DNA of 64,000 nt from the NCBI GenBank assembly GCA_002633005.1, contig NMRA01000147.1, forward strand, positions 434,001 to 498,000, given 5' to 3'. The DNA is from Phoronis australis. Taxonomy: Eukaryota > Animalia > Phoronida. Below are positions 13,101-28,100 of this stretch, one piece after another; the first letter of the stretch is position 1; the number at the start of each line of letters is the position of its first letter. The notes under the pieces are model-generated. The model saw only the letters and a program-made list of their open reading frames with translations. It ran no database searches and was not told the DNA's origin. Both the position numbers and the translations under genes were made by a program.

Positions 13101-16100
13101 CATGCAGAGTCAAAATGTGTAAAAATTTGCAAACAAAACCAAAGTGCAGAAAACACTTTGAAAGTTAATGCCAAAGAATGCAATGGCATCTTCACACAAA
13201 TAGTTGATAGCAACGAACGGACAAGTTGCACTTTAACGGGAAATTTCCGCAAATTATTCAGGCTACATTTTGGTCAGGTGGGGCTGATGAACCCTGGCGC
13301 CACCTGGCTACATAATGACGAACTGCATTACTTTACAGTATGCTCCATCACAGAATACTTCTGATATGTTTTAACAAACCAGGGATTCTGGCGCACCTTG
13401 GCAGTTTAAACAAAATATGTAGTCGCTGCCTCGCCAGGTGTGGCGTGACACCAGATCACATGATCAGTCGATATTGCTTAGAGTAAACAAACCCCCGGCA
13501 AGCTTGGCAATGAAGGAAGTGATTCTTTACCTGCCAGTTGAGTGATGAACGTCGAAGTTGCAGCCGCAATAAATCCAGTAACTTTGGGTATGAGGACAGC
13601 TACATGCATCGTAACACAGATTAGTAACAGTTCAATGACAGCAAAAAATAACAATTCCAGTATCCGCATTGCATTTATAACTGTGCACTAGATGTGTCAC
13701 AGTTTCAAAACATGTTAAACATGTCAATTCAAATCCGCCCATCATTTAACGTTACCGACACAGGATCAATCAATAACTCTGCATTCATCCAAATCCACAA
13801 AACATGCAAAGTAGATCAAATCCATCTTAAACGGGGCTTGTCCTGTCGTCTGTGTGCCAAATTTCATGAAAATCCATCAAAAAACTTGATAATATAGACG
13901 CTGAAGTTGGCCAATTGTGAGATTTATCAAATAATCACAGAAAAAAATCAAGAACCCTGGGAATCGAACCACAGGTCTCTATATTGCTGGTCTAGTGCTC
14001 TTACCACTGAGCTACTGCAGACCCGATATCTATGCAATTACTGTTTGCAGCCAACTGTTGTGTCGCCCATACCATGAGCAGCGTCTCGTCTTTTTGACAC
14101 GAGATTTGGACACAACATTTGGCTGCAAGCAGTAATTGCACTGATATCGGGTCCTCATTAGCTTAATGGTAAGAGCACTGGACTGGCAATCTAGAGACCT
14201 GTGGTTCAACTTCCAGTTGGGGTTCCTGATTTTTCTGTGCTTATTTCATACATCAAAAAACTTGATAGATATGAAGATAAATGCAAAGAAAAAATGCTGC
14301 TAAGGACTTTCCTGGAATTCTTATTTAACCCAAAATCCACATCAGTTGTACTATTCTAAAAAAACATATTCATATTTCATGAAGATCCATCAACCAACTT
14401 GGTAAATATCAAGTCAAAACAATCGAACCTGTCCGAAAATCTTCATCTGTCATGCACTTCCCGAAAGAAACACATATGCCAGTTTTCATAACGATCCTAA
14501 GAGTAGTTTGAAAGGCACATGCCAAAAACTCAAGAAAAGATAAAAACGGTCACTAGGTGACCTACAAAAAGTCAAATCCAAGTGAAAATAGGAAGGTGAT
14601 AGCCAATTCTCATGAAAATCGGATTCTGTTAAGGAGCTCTGAAGACACAGAGGAAGACATAAAAAATGTCAATAGAGGGCACAATGGCAGTCAAATATGT
14701 CACATTTTAGAAATACACTTGCCAAAATTCACAACAATTCTGGAAGCGCTGCGGATGCGAAGAAAAGCAAAACTGCCATTAGGGGGCACCATTCAGATTG
14801 ACACACACAGAGTCACACACACACACAAGCCAAGGAAAGCACAAAGTTCTTCAATGTCTAAATTAGGAAGCATCTCCTACCAACTTGTTTCACCATGCAG
14901 TTTCTAGAGCAAGGCTCACTGATAACCACTGAGTTATTAATCGCCTTAAACGCACACTTGCTTCCAACGAGTGCAAATGGACATGTGTAGGCATAGGTTG
15001 CAAAGCAAAGCTCCATGGAATAGTGGCAAAAGATCAGCATGTGCAATATAATAAATTGTATACCAAATGAAAACTCTTGAGCTGCTCTACAACAAAGAAA
15101 ATCTAAGTGGAACACCTTTTTCCAGAGCGGACAATCTGGCCTTACGCATACCTAGATACCAGACGTTATCTGTGATATGACCTCTCTATCATGCAAATAT
15201 ACTACAGAATAATATTGGCAACATGAAAGTTTGAAATAAAAGAATATAAGATCAGATAAGATAGAATGATAAAATGTAGTTCATTTATTTGCAGCACGTA
15301 ATACAAAAATTTGTTGTCGCAAACAATGTTTGACCTACCTGAGTGAGGCAGGGTGTACATGGTGCAATTTAGAGGAGACAATGAAAAGAATAACACATCG
15401 TTATCTTATATTTTTTTGTTTTATCTAATCTTCTATCCTATCTCATCAAGTTTCTTATATCATTAACATATTAATGTAAACACTAGGAAAGGTAATCACG
15501 CATAACGTCTGGCATCTGGGTATGCATAAAATTGTCCTCCATCTAGAAAATGGTGTTTCACCAATTGAATTTCTGTTGACTCTTGGTACGTTATAGAGAA
15601 GCGCAAGAGCTTTTATTTGGTATAAAACTTGTTACTATTACAATTTCTTTTTGTAACGCCCCATTTCAGCATAAATAGACAAGACTACAGTCTCCACTGA
15701 TATATGAAATGTAAATGCAATGCCACACCTTTTGATCTTACCTGTGTTATAACAGATGCTTTGAAAGAGACAGAGAACAGAAATAAATTAATTTTGTCTA
15801 ACTGTAATAAAATAAAGAAAGTCAGCAATTTCTTTAAAATTTGGTATGGTGATTGGGATTTGGCTGTCATTTTCTTTCTGCCAAAATAACCATTTCATAA
15901 AATTGCTCTCATTTCCGCTTGCCAGTATGGTTGCTGAGGTAAGTCCCTGCCTTCATTATCTACCCGACATTCAGCAAGAAAATCAGCAGAACTTTTTGGG
16001 GTTAGAAGTCATTTAAATGGCTGAAACATTTTTCTTCATTGAGGTTGACAAATACCTGCTGTTGTATGTAGTGTAATTAATAGGAAATCCTAAAGTATAT

Positions 16101-19100
16101 GTTGAATCTACGTATCACCATATCCAGGAACTACCATAAAGAGCATTCAGTAAATTGGATGGATTTCTCTACCGTATATGACAATAATTGCTTTTGATGG
16201 CTGCATTTGTCATGTGTATTTGAACCAAATGTCAGTTGTGTGAGAATGTTTCGAATCCAAATTTCACAAATTTTACAGAAATTGTGAAAAAGGGGCTTCA
16301 AAGAGCTTGAGCAAGACCAGTAAACTGTAATATGCTTTCTGCCCATTCACTTACTATCAGTGCGAGAGTTTGAGCAAGTGTCCAATACATTTAAGTAAGA
16401 AACACATGTCACTGTTGTGTAGTTAACAAATTCTGCACACAAAAGGGGCGACTGCCAAAGTTTCTAATGAAGACCAGCGAATTCAAATATAAATGAAGAA
16501 TATGACTTTTCTGTTGATCCCCTAGTTCCTCAAATGACCCCCTAGTATCATGGAGCCCCTGGTTTTCAACTAGCCCCTTGGGGCTCCCATCAACCCTTGG
16601 GTGTCAATCGATCACTTTGCCAAATACTGGGCAGAACTTTGATGTAAACATGTGTTCAAACAGAATGACCTCGTATGACTGGCCGGAGTTGAATCACTTT
16701 ATGCAGCTGAGGCAAAGCCATTAGGATGCCTTTGCGAATTCCTATCCAAAATGGCCGATATGCCATCCAATTCATTCACATGCAAATGGGCGTAATTAAG
16801 GCTGGTCTCGTATTGCCACAACTGATGATCAGTTCAATAAAACGAATTGCTGCCCAAGGGCACAGAAACAGTATGGACTTACTTTCAGCATCTTTCCTGG
16901 ACACACAAAACAGTGTACTCTTCCTGAAATATTGACCAACACAACAAATTACTAAAAGTTTGTACCGCTAACTACATATGCGTCAGTGTGACAGACCACA
17001 AGAAAAGTCATTATTTAACAATATCCCAAAAACAAGAAAATAAATGAGACTTCAACTGAAAGTTTCGTAGCTGGGGCCAGTGTGTCATAAGATTGTTTTC
17101 AAATATATGCCCGTTAATTAAGTCCAGGGAATGCCAGCCAACACAGACATTAAACAGTACACAGTCATTTAAACTGGATTGTGGAAAGTAATACTTGCTT
17201 GCCAAATAATATCCAGCGCAATTGACCAGTCGCCAGGAATTTGAATGACGGCTTAACTGACCAATCACAATGCAACATTCTTGACAAACCTTCGTTCCAA
17301 GCCGCCATTTTACCCAACAAACAACCCTTTGTCGTGTAAAACTTATTGAATGTTTGTTTGTTGACTTTTCGCAAGGGGGCGGAGCTTGAGATACGGCAAT
17401 TAGACAGGTTCACGTGTGGCGGAAACACTTTCTAGAAGTTTCAATGGCGAAAGCGCTGAAGCTTTAACCACACAGACGAGCTGTTCGCGAAGTGGAAATT
17501 TCAGGGCTTGGAATGACCAATGACAAAAAAAGCGGAAACTTTTACGGCCCAAATCATGCCCGATAACCAGCCTTGAAATGTGAACCTTTCCCCGAGAGGA
17601 CTAAAAAAAAAACTAAAAAAAACGTTACCACCATAAGTAGCATGCGTCTGCGTCCTTTTAGCTCACCCGTCCACTCCCAACCCACACATTTTTGGCTGCA
17701 GAGCGGTAGTATTTGTCGCCGCGCTTAACAATAACACGAGACGCCATTGAAAATCACACCACGCTGTCCCAGATGCCCCGGCAATGTTGACAATTTACGT
17801 TCCTCCGAAACATAAAGAGCAACTTCCGCTTTTCGAGGTGAACGTCGTCTGCAACGCCGCGGTAAGAAAGGAATTTGCCGCGGAAATTTTATATCAAATC
17901 CGATTTTTTTACGCGGAAATATTATAAAAAAAGCGGAAAGCACATTTGAAAAAAGCGGAAATCCGCGTTTCCGCGGAAAATTCCAAGCCCTGTAATTTTC
18001 GTTAGCACTTCATTTCCTTACCACCAGAGTCGCTCCTGAGTAAAACTTTGATGTCATAAAATGTTCGCTCTCGTGCATGTCAATCCTTTTAAGTAAGCGG
18101 TCTGGCTATAAAAGTGCTAGTAAAAACGTTAGTAGTTTTGGCGGAGTTCAAACCTGCATCAAAACACCAGCAAAAGTTCACACAGTTATAACTGGCACTT
18201 TTGCTGATAGCCAGCATGTGAACCAGGTATTAGAGCTAACCTGACAAAGACCTTATTTAGTCTAATAACGAGTCAAACATGCTCAATTAAAAAAAAACGG
18301 AACTCTTAATTATAGCTTATGCCACAATGGAGAACTGCAAACTTACTTCTTTGCAGCGGCGGGCCTCGTGCGCTTCTCTCGGTCCATTCGTAGGGACTTT
18401 CTCCACGCACCGCTGATAATATCGACCACAGAGTTATCTGAAACCGAGGCAACACTTGCCACACTTTCACGGTCCATCTCACTCGACGTTACGCTAGACA
18501 CATCGATATCTTCAGTAAAACAATCCCTATGGTAAAGTTCATTTTCCACCTGTACGGTGAGTGGTTTCATGCCTGCACCTACAGTGTGGCAAGAGTTTGA
18601 AATAATTTCCCTGGCCGTGCTCTTTTTATTAGACAGAACAGACTTTGTGATGCTCAACTTCACGGGAACAGGAGCATTTTTGGATTGCCACTCGTTCACT
18701 TTCATGCAACTCTTTTCAAAGGAATCCACCCACGGAATGTCTGAGTCATCTACATCGGCATTAGAAGCGGTAGTGATTCTGCGGTCATCAGCGTAAGTAC
18801 TGGACACCACACGGCTCTTTGTGATGCCCGGGACTACTTTAGCAGCTGAATTAATTACCTCACCAGCTGATTCAGGGATTTCAGAGACGGCTTCATCAGG
18901 TTTCATAACAGAATTCTTCAAGGACGGATAGCTCTTGCATAGAGAAATCTGGGCTGACCAATTCTTGTTTGAGTTATTCGCCGAGACATAACCTTGTTTG
19001 TTTGACGGCAATGCAGATGGCGCTAGATCAGTGTTATCCTCTAAACTGTACTGATGTGACCATTGTTCACTGACACACTGTTCACCAGAGCCATTCCCAG

Positions 19101-22100
19101 AAGTGTTCCTGAGATTCTTCTCAAATGGCCAACAGGATGCGCCACCTGTGCTGCACCATTCCGAACGCACTGAAATATTACTGTCACGTGCGTAAGATTC
19201 TGCTGAGCACCTAGACGCCAAATAATTGGCTGAACCCAGAGGCTCAGATAACTGTTGCCTAGCATGAAAAGTACGTCCCTCAGATTGAGTACGGCGTTGG
19301 TGATTTGTCTCCTGAAGTCACAGAAATAACATTTACCAAATATCAAATCTGGGGTGTAACAGAAACCAGCAGAAATCAAATCAGAGAGTAAAGCTAGAAA
19401 AGATTTCTTAAAATGCAGTAACTTCTACCATCCTGGTTATGGCAGAGAAAACTCATCATTGCTGCCAAGCATCACGTTTTTTTGTTCTGAATATGTCATT
19501 ATAACATTGATGCAGGCCATACTTGTCTGTGTTAATGCAGAGGGCACTAAACAGGAATTAAAATTAAAAACTCAGGTAGGTTGGGTTTTAAAGGGGAATA
19601 CAAAAATTTTTGATTAACGTTTAATAAAAATATAGATCCCCGATTATCTTGGAGACACATTTTTTGCGTCAATTAATACTCCCCTAGTGATTATTTACGA
19701 TATCTATGGAATAATAAAATGTGACTGATGGCCCACCCCACATCTTGGTTCTGCATAATCACTTTCATTTAGGAAACGCAATTTCCCCCATTCGTGTTTG
19801 CTCAATGGATGTGAGAGTAGAACCAAGATGCAGGCCTTAATTTGTCTGGGCCGGTGATGTCACTTCCTGTTGTTACATGAATAGTAAATTCATGACAAGG
19901 GTTCAGTAAATAATAAGAAAAAATGTCTGACCCAGAGATTTGTATTTTGAGTACTAAATGTAACATCAAAAACTTCCACCTTTTGGCCGAGCAATTGACA
20001 CGATTAAGTGAAACTACAGAATAATCATTTATGCTCCATAAAAACCGCAGTTCGATTGGTGCTTAAACTTAAACACTGCTGTTATATTCAATTAAGTTTG
20101 TTTTGTTTAAAGTTTAATACGTAGGACCCTCGAAAAACTCCAAACTTGTCCAGAACATCATGTCTCAGAAATGGGTGTTTGGATTCACATGAAATTTTCA
20201 AATACTGTTTTACGCACCGTCCTCCAAAACTGTTAAGAATTGTTTTTAAATTCACTTTTACACGAGGGCCTAATAAAATGGCTCTTTGATGATTTCTGTC
20301 AATTGGTTCTCTAGATAACATCCAGAAACACACTTCCTCACACATGTACCGAAAAAGCAGCTTGTAGAGACCTTAACTGCCACTAGGGGTGCTGCAGGGC
20401 TCTTATCAGCAGGAAAATCGACTTGTGCTGGCACATTCCCATCACATAGCTCTCTGTCAAGTTTCACTTAAAACCGTCAATCGGTTCTCTACATGTCACC
20501 TGGAAATGCTCCCCCCAAAACACTTAAAGCCCCACCTCTCTGGCCCTGGGGGACGGGACAATTGAAAAGTGCCTCCACTTTGTGCCTAATTTCATCGACA
20601 TCTGACCAGGGTTTTTTGAAATATCGATCAGACACCCACAACAATATGCAAATTAACACATATGCTTTATGTGGGCAAATTAAAAGTAATTCTGCTGTTA
20701 AATTCTATAATACAGTGTACTAAGTGTACTAAGAGAATACTCATACATTAGTCAAGGTCTTTTAAACTGGAAGGAGGTTCATGCAGAAATCATGTATGAA
20801 GTCTAGAAACTATGCAAAATGAAAGATCCTGCAACACTGGAACAGCTGACATGCACATATATTCTCGATGCTCAGATTGCTAGGAGCGTAGATCGTACTA
20901 GCCGACACATTCCCGTATATTTGCCATGGACTATGACTACTTATGGTTGGTTTTTCACAAATTAGATATTGATTTGTTAACGACAGTCTTCAAAAGCTGG
21001 TATAACTAATTAATAATCACCTCTGAAATCCTAAGCACTCACATTTTCCAAATATTTCTATTCTCTTAGAGGCTTATTTATAGTTAAGTCATAGTGACTT
21101 TGCCTCCATAGGCCGTGTAGGCCCATTTGTATCGGTTATTACTTAATGTTTGCAAATTTTTGTAATAAGTCAATGATCTGGGTGGAATCTGAAGTTGACG
21201 AAGCCTACTTTTGTACAATTTGTCGATTTCCCCGGAATAAGGCTACGCATGGGAGCACAACTTTCCATTGAGATGACGTTTTGCACATACAGGACGTGTA
21301 CTTTGAAAACAAAGAATGTTGAAACCACCGACATTTATGGTACTTCAGTCTCAGCTAGTTCACAATTTCTGATTTATGGCTTGGAATGAACCGAGTGTTA
21401 GCTAGTGATGTTTCGTTGAGAATAGGCTCAACAATTTAAGCTGGCTTGTCAAGCCGGATTATAGCCTATTTAATGCGCTCGTCATGGTCTCCAACAACAG
21501 TGAACTCATAGCCATTTCGATGTGCAGAAACTATTTCTAACCTGAACGAGGAGCTAGTTGAACTTTGCGGTAAAGTGGTCTAAAACATGTTTATTTGACG
21601 GCCAGAATGCAGGTTCATAGCAGCTGCTGTTAGTCCAACTAGCAGTTCACTGTAGCACGTCCCGAATACCTATTCTATGGGAGTATACACCCAGAATTTA
21701 GGAAGGAGCAGAGTACACGTTATTGAGTGATGGTTATGAAATCTTTGAACAAGATCAACGCTGAGCAATGAAATGTGCCCACCACTGCAACTCAAGCGGT
21801 GTGCTTCTAGTGGTGTTTTATAGAATCCCCAAAAGACCATTAGATGGTGAAGACTACGTGGAAACCATCCCAAATTGCAAAGGTGCTGTCATCTTCATAA
21901 TAGAAACTTGTTTGCCAAATTTAAAAAAATCAACTAAAGATATAGAGGCAAAGGTAAAAAGTGAAATTTAAACTAGGGGGCACAGCAGTAGACAGAGCCG
22001 TCCAAAAAGTCATAGCAGCCATTGTCTCCTCTATAGGAAAAACCTGCAAAAAATACAAAATCGCCACTAGGGGACGCCACAGGTGTCAGACAAATCCAAA

Positions 22101-25100
22101 AATCAACGTCAGCTATGGTCTGCTCATCAGGAACACAACAACTATGATTCATAATATTTAAAGCAGTTTGGTGCTATAAACCTAATAATAAAAAATGGCC
22201 ACTAGGTCCTGCAGAATATGTCGAATCCGTCCGAAAATGGAAAGGCATATTTATTTCCCATCAATGTCAGCCGTAGTTTTCCAATCAGAAATACATCTGC
22301 ACATTTTCATAATGATCCACTGAGAGGTTTGCACATGGAATTGTCACCAAGTGGCGCAGAATGCATCAAATCCGTAAGAAAACAGCTAGAAACCCAATTC
22401 TTTTACTACATGAAAACCCATCACATAACCTTAAAGATACAGAGGCCAACAAAAAACTAAAATTGCCAATAGGGGACAGAGCGGTAGTCAGATTGCTCCG
22501 AAACTTTTCATCTACTGTTGCAAGCTTTACAGGAACACATCAGCCAAATCTCTTAACGATAATACCAGAGGAGAGGTTTAGGAAATACTACCGTGGACAC
22601 CGGACGTCCGGATAGAGATGACAGCAATATGAATCCATGTATTAACATGTGGGCACATGAAGACTGTTTTAAAACATTTACATTAAAAAAGTAGACATCA
22701 AGATTTACATATTTACATAAGTAGGGAATGTGAACCACTAGCTTGTTCATGTGACAAAGGTCAAACCTTTAAATTCTCCGCTATAAGATAGACTTGTCTG
22801 ATAGTTTTCAAAGCTCCTATGTATACCTGAAACATTTTTTTTCAAAATGCAATCCTTGAGCATGTGCAAGAATGGAACTTTTTCTAGAATTTAATGAGAC
22901 TCACAAGACTAGTGCAAATGAAACTCATATCTGTCGCACTGGCTCATGACAATTTTTCCACACATATATGATAGTGATGTCCAAAATAAAGTCACAAGTG
23001 TGAGGCATGGTTTTTGCACTATTTTCATCCACAAAATTAAAAAAATGTTGAAAACAACATTCGATTTTAAAAAAGTTGTTCCTTGTCTATAAGCCCTAAT
23101 TCATATTAACTTAACTCGGTTCTGTATGGAGCGACGACGTAAACTGCGAAGTTAACTAAACCATTCATACCGTCTTCGATGGTTAACCAACATCGAAGTA
23201 AACAGTAGGTGGCGCTGCTGTCACCGAAGTAATCGCAAGGTAGCGTTGCATGCTAAGATTTTCTTAATGTTACAATTTGGGAAAATTTATATGTGCTAAT
23301 TGACATAAAACTTATTTTTAATTTGATTGGTGATTATTCCAACAAAATATAAGCAATTATTAGGGATGACACCACCCTTTAATTTTTGACAATAACAGTA
23401 GTGCCTGGTGGTAACTTCAATGAAACCGAAGTTGGCCATTCATATTGCACCGCAGCGTCGACGCTCCGCTGCTAAATACATCTATTTACTGCGAAGTTAA
23501 CTCGCGCAGTTAACTTCAATCCAGGATAAGTTAACTGTTCATACTGACTGCAGCTCCCCAAAACTTCGATGCGTTGATGTTAGTATGAAAGGGCCTTATG
23601 AATGCAGATAGGTAATAAAATTAGTTTTGAGATAGCCAGTTAGCAGAATACACAAACTCAATTACCCAGCAAGTTAACTATGAGCATATTGCCAAACGTG
23701 CTTGTAACTCGCACCTGCTCTCTCTAAAGTGCACTGCGTTTGGGGTTTTCTACCATCTCATAAGCTATGCAAAAAGTTTCTGACCCGCCAAGAAGTGCAC
23801 CTTTCGTAGGAAACTTGGCAATGATCATCCCGCAAGTCTGAGCAGCACGCCAGAAGCACCCTCGTGTAGCATCAAAAGGTTTTTGCAGTTTTCACACTAA
23901 TCTGTTAAAATATGTCTTTACGTGCAGATGGAAATGGAAAGAAAACACGTCGCGACGGGGTACAAACAGCAGTTGACTGACGCTGTTTCAGTAGTGCACT
24001 CATTATTTTAATGGCTTCCATAAGAGCATGTCTTTGTCAGTGCAAATCTCAATTAAGTACCTCTGCACAAGACGTTTAAACAAAAATGCCTCAGGTTTCA
24101 GATGTTATTGTCTTTGACTCTGACTGAAGTACAACCACAGAAAGTAAATGAGAAAACCTATTAATGACACGGTCTCTCCTATTATGTACTCACATATAAA
24201 TATTACACTTCTGGAAATGCTTAAATTAAGTAATAAAACACCTTAATTCCTCAGGCTTTTGAATGATGCACTTAAAGAGAAAAGCTGTCTACCTGGAGGT
24301 AAACATTTTTAAGCGTTATGTAACTCACTTGGCTTATGATAGTGAGTAACTTGGATAGACACCCCGCAGCTCAGCGTCTTCAAAAGCATTTTTGTGGATG
24401 TTGTATTGATTCGTTGAATAGCATGAACTTACTGATTGAAGAAATATTTGTCATTCTCAGAAACATCCAGTCTCACACCCACAATTTTTACAGATCACGA
24501 ACTTCGCAACTATCCGCATTCTAAAAAGCAATATTTTGCACACATATGGTTCAGTAAACCAGATCACGTGCACAAAGCACAGGCAGTTAGCATGCAAGAC
24601 CCAAACAGAGTCAAATGTAACACGTGACATCCTTAAGGTTTGCTATTCCACAAGAATCGTACTAGTTTGTGTAGGTACTATTGTAAATAATTATCAAGTT
24701 TGCTTTAGCTCAGAAAAAAAAAATAAAATGCAAATTAAAACACACAGGCAGAATGGGTAGTTGCAATGTTTTCATCCATTATACAGATTTTCAACCTTCC
24801 TGCTGTAGACAAAATGTTGATTCTGAAGCAGCAATGACCAATGTATATTCCATGAGGTGCACCAACTCACCGGACGCAGGGCCAGCTCTCCCAACTTCTT
24901 CTGGTAATACCTGTAGGTGTGAGAATCAGACTCCCAGCCTGAGGCGCGCATCTCAACCAGCTGCAAGAGGTAGGCACACAGTAGAGGTCTGGTCCTCATC
25001 TTACGCAGGATGTCTCTGAATGTATTGAAGTAGGAGTCCAGTTGGTCTGATAATGAAAAAGAGGGGACGTCTCTATGTATCTAGCATTTCCACCATGGTA

Positions 25101-28100
25101 AAGTCCTATGTTCTGGGGAGCTACTTATGCCAGCACAGTTGTTTCATGAGTCAGCATCATATAAAGAATTGCATAGGATTTTGTCAAAAACTTCTACAGC
25201 GCATCATTGTAAAAATGTCTAGCAATTTGCTGACATGGTGTTTAATAATGCTAGGCACACAATTGAGTCTGACGTAACCTACCCAAAAGGGACACATCTC
25301 CTAATTTTCAGATCAATCCTTCCGAGTGGTTTGGTGGAGAGAGTGGCAGGTGCCAAAAACTGACTTGAATAAGCTAGACAATAGGGGGTTCAGAGTCCAT
25401 CGAATAGGGATAGTGTTAATTGTCGTCACCTCAATAGCCCATTTTTTTAATTTTGTGAAAATCCATCGTTTGGCAGATGACAAGTGCCACTTGACAGCAC
25501 ACCAATATTTATATCTGCTTAAAATCGCCATCATGTGTTGTCGGCTTCATAGGAACCCACTTGCCAAATTTCACAAAGATCCTGCAAGCGACTTAGGAGA
25601 TATAGCATTGGATCCCAGATGGAGATGACGGCAATATTCACACACAAACATGCTCATGGATGCATAAAAACTATTTGCCAAATTTCTCGAAATCCTTCAA
25701 TTAAGTCCAAAGATACAGAAGCAAAGATAAAATCAAACTGCCATGGAGCAGTAGTCAGAACTCTCCATCTGTTCTCAAACTCTTAGGAATGCGTTTGTCA
25801 AATTTTATAATGATCCAGCAAGGAGTTAAGGAGATACAATCGCAGATTTCAAAAATGTTACTATGTAGAACCACAGTATTCAGACCGGTCTGACAAACAA
25901 CATCTATCATGCTCTAACATAAGTAGGAATATGTCTAATACGTACTTTCATAATGATCCTCTGAATGGTGTAGCGGATACAGAGGCAGAAGACAAGTAAC
26001 AAATTACAAAAATGGCCACTAGGTGGAGCAAATAGGTCGAACCCACCTCAAAATGTAAAGGAACTGTCATTTCCATAATAGAATTTCAAACCTATTTGCC
26101 ATATGTCATTAAAAACATCAAGGAAGTAAAAAGATACAGAGGAAAACATAAAAGAAAAATTGCGTCTAAGGGGCCCAGCAGTGGTCAGATTCGTCCAAGT
26201 CAAGATCAGCCATTGTCACATTTCAAAAAGGTCTTGTAAAGGGTTAAAGCGTTACACTCACAAATACATAAGACAAAACTGCTGCTAGGAGGCACCACAA
26301 TAGTCAGTTCCATCAAAAATCAATCCTCTGAACAGGAATACATTAGCCAATTTTCATAATGGTGTGGCGGATAGAGAGGCGGACCCCATAAAACGGACCA
26401 CAAAATAATAAAAATAGCCATTAGGAGACACAGACTCCATTGTATCTGCTCAAAATCATGCATGTGTTGTCGCCATCTTTGTAGAAACATATTTTCAAAA
26501 TTTTGTGAAAATTCATGAAGGATCTGGGCAGATAATCAAATGTAAAAAATTAAAATTGCCTCTTAGGGGCACACCAGTATTCAGAACTGTCTGAAAATCA
26601 CTATTGTGTATTGTCAGCTTCATAGGAACACTCATGCCGAATTACATAAAGTTCCTGTAAGCAGGTTAGGAGATACAGCAGTGGATGCCAGATGCCTGGA
26701 CAGAGATGACGGAAATAGACATCAACTTATGCATATGTTGGTGCATAAAAATGGTCACTAGGTGGCGTAGAATATGTTGCATTCGTTTGTGTCTATTGAA
26801 AATGGAAAGACATTGTTGCCTCGTTAACAGAAACTTACAAAGTAATTGTAACAAAACATTTGCCACCAAGTTACAAATTTGGACCGTTTGTTTCTCTTAG
26901 AACAATTAACTAAGAGTTTAATACCCTGAAAATTGAGTGTCAGCGTTTCAGATGCAAGACAACGAAGTTCGATTGCACCATGGCATGATATTAAACAAAT
27001 GCTACCAGTTTTACTGATTGTTCATTAATACTTTCACCAAGATCCCTCTAATAACATGTGTTTAGACAAATTCGAACCAGTGCCATAACCAACATATGGC
27101 ACTGTATAATGCTGTCCTAACTTGTTCAGGGTTCACTTTCTTCATGTCTATTTGAATATTAAGAGTAGTATGGTATGTTAAACAGCCCTCTACTTAGCGA
27201 CCTGCAGGTTGCCAATGCGAACTCAGATTGAGTCTGGGGGAGCTGGGAAAAATCTGAAGTCTACTAGCCAGCAATGCAAATATTAAAGTCAGACAATAGT
27301 TCCCCATAAATTCATTTCAAAGTTCGTGACGACTTTCAAACTTTAAATTATTAACAGTTTTCCTAGATTCATTACCTTTGATTCACAATTGTTCCATTTA
27401 TTTCGTGAAATCGTTGCATTTGGCACAGAGTGAGAACATATCAAATACGCGCTTATAGAACAACATGCAGGAAGTAAATAGATAGAAGTTGGAATTGTTT
27501 GTCAAATGTCAGGCCAGATCAGTGAAATACGCGCCACCAGTGTATGTTATCATCTGCATTCTGTGGTTATATTTACTGTGAGAAATTGGAGAAGTACAAG
27601 GTATCTGTAAAAATACTACTGAGAATGCAGCATGTTGCGAACATACGATGACGGAACTTATACGCCGGATTGGCAACCTGAGATTCTGAGGCTTCATTTG
27701 GCGACCTCAAATTTCATTTGGCGACCTCAGATTTTTGCCAGGATGCCAAATGCAACTTGGAGTTAAGCTAGGCGTTGAGCGCTATCAATGAATTTATGCC
27801 GATATCTCAAATGAGCAAATTAAGGAATGAATTAATTATCAGTCACAGATCATGAAAGCTTTTTTGAGTTCCGCTAACTGTGAATAGTTTGGGAAAGGTT
27901 ACCAGACTTGAACCTTTTGTTGAGATCTACCAAGTAAAATTTGGAAATGACATGAAAATTCCTGAACATTTTGTCAAGATTTACAATATCAGATTCTAGA
28001 ATTGTTGAAACACTTTGCCGAGCTCTTCTAAGCCGAATTGTATCAGATTTGAAAGGTTGAATTCGTGATGCCAGTATTTACAATATGAATCGCAGAAAAA

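Noticed and set aside
14149-14226. Functional tRNA gene
   Set aside because: The acceptor stem and T-loop are imperfect and the anticodon loop differs between copies. It is part of a repeat.
19041-19379. 112-aa ORF as a separate gene
   Set aside because: It is an alternative frame overlapping Mextli exon 4. The phase-consistent frame is the long one.
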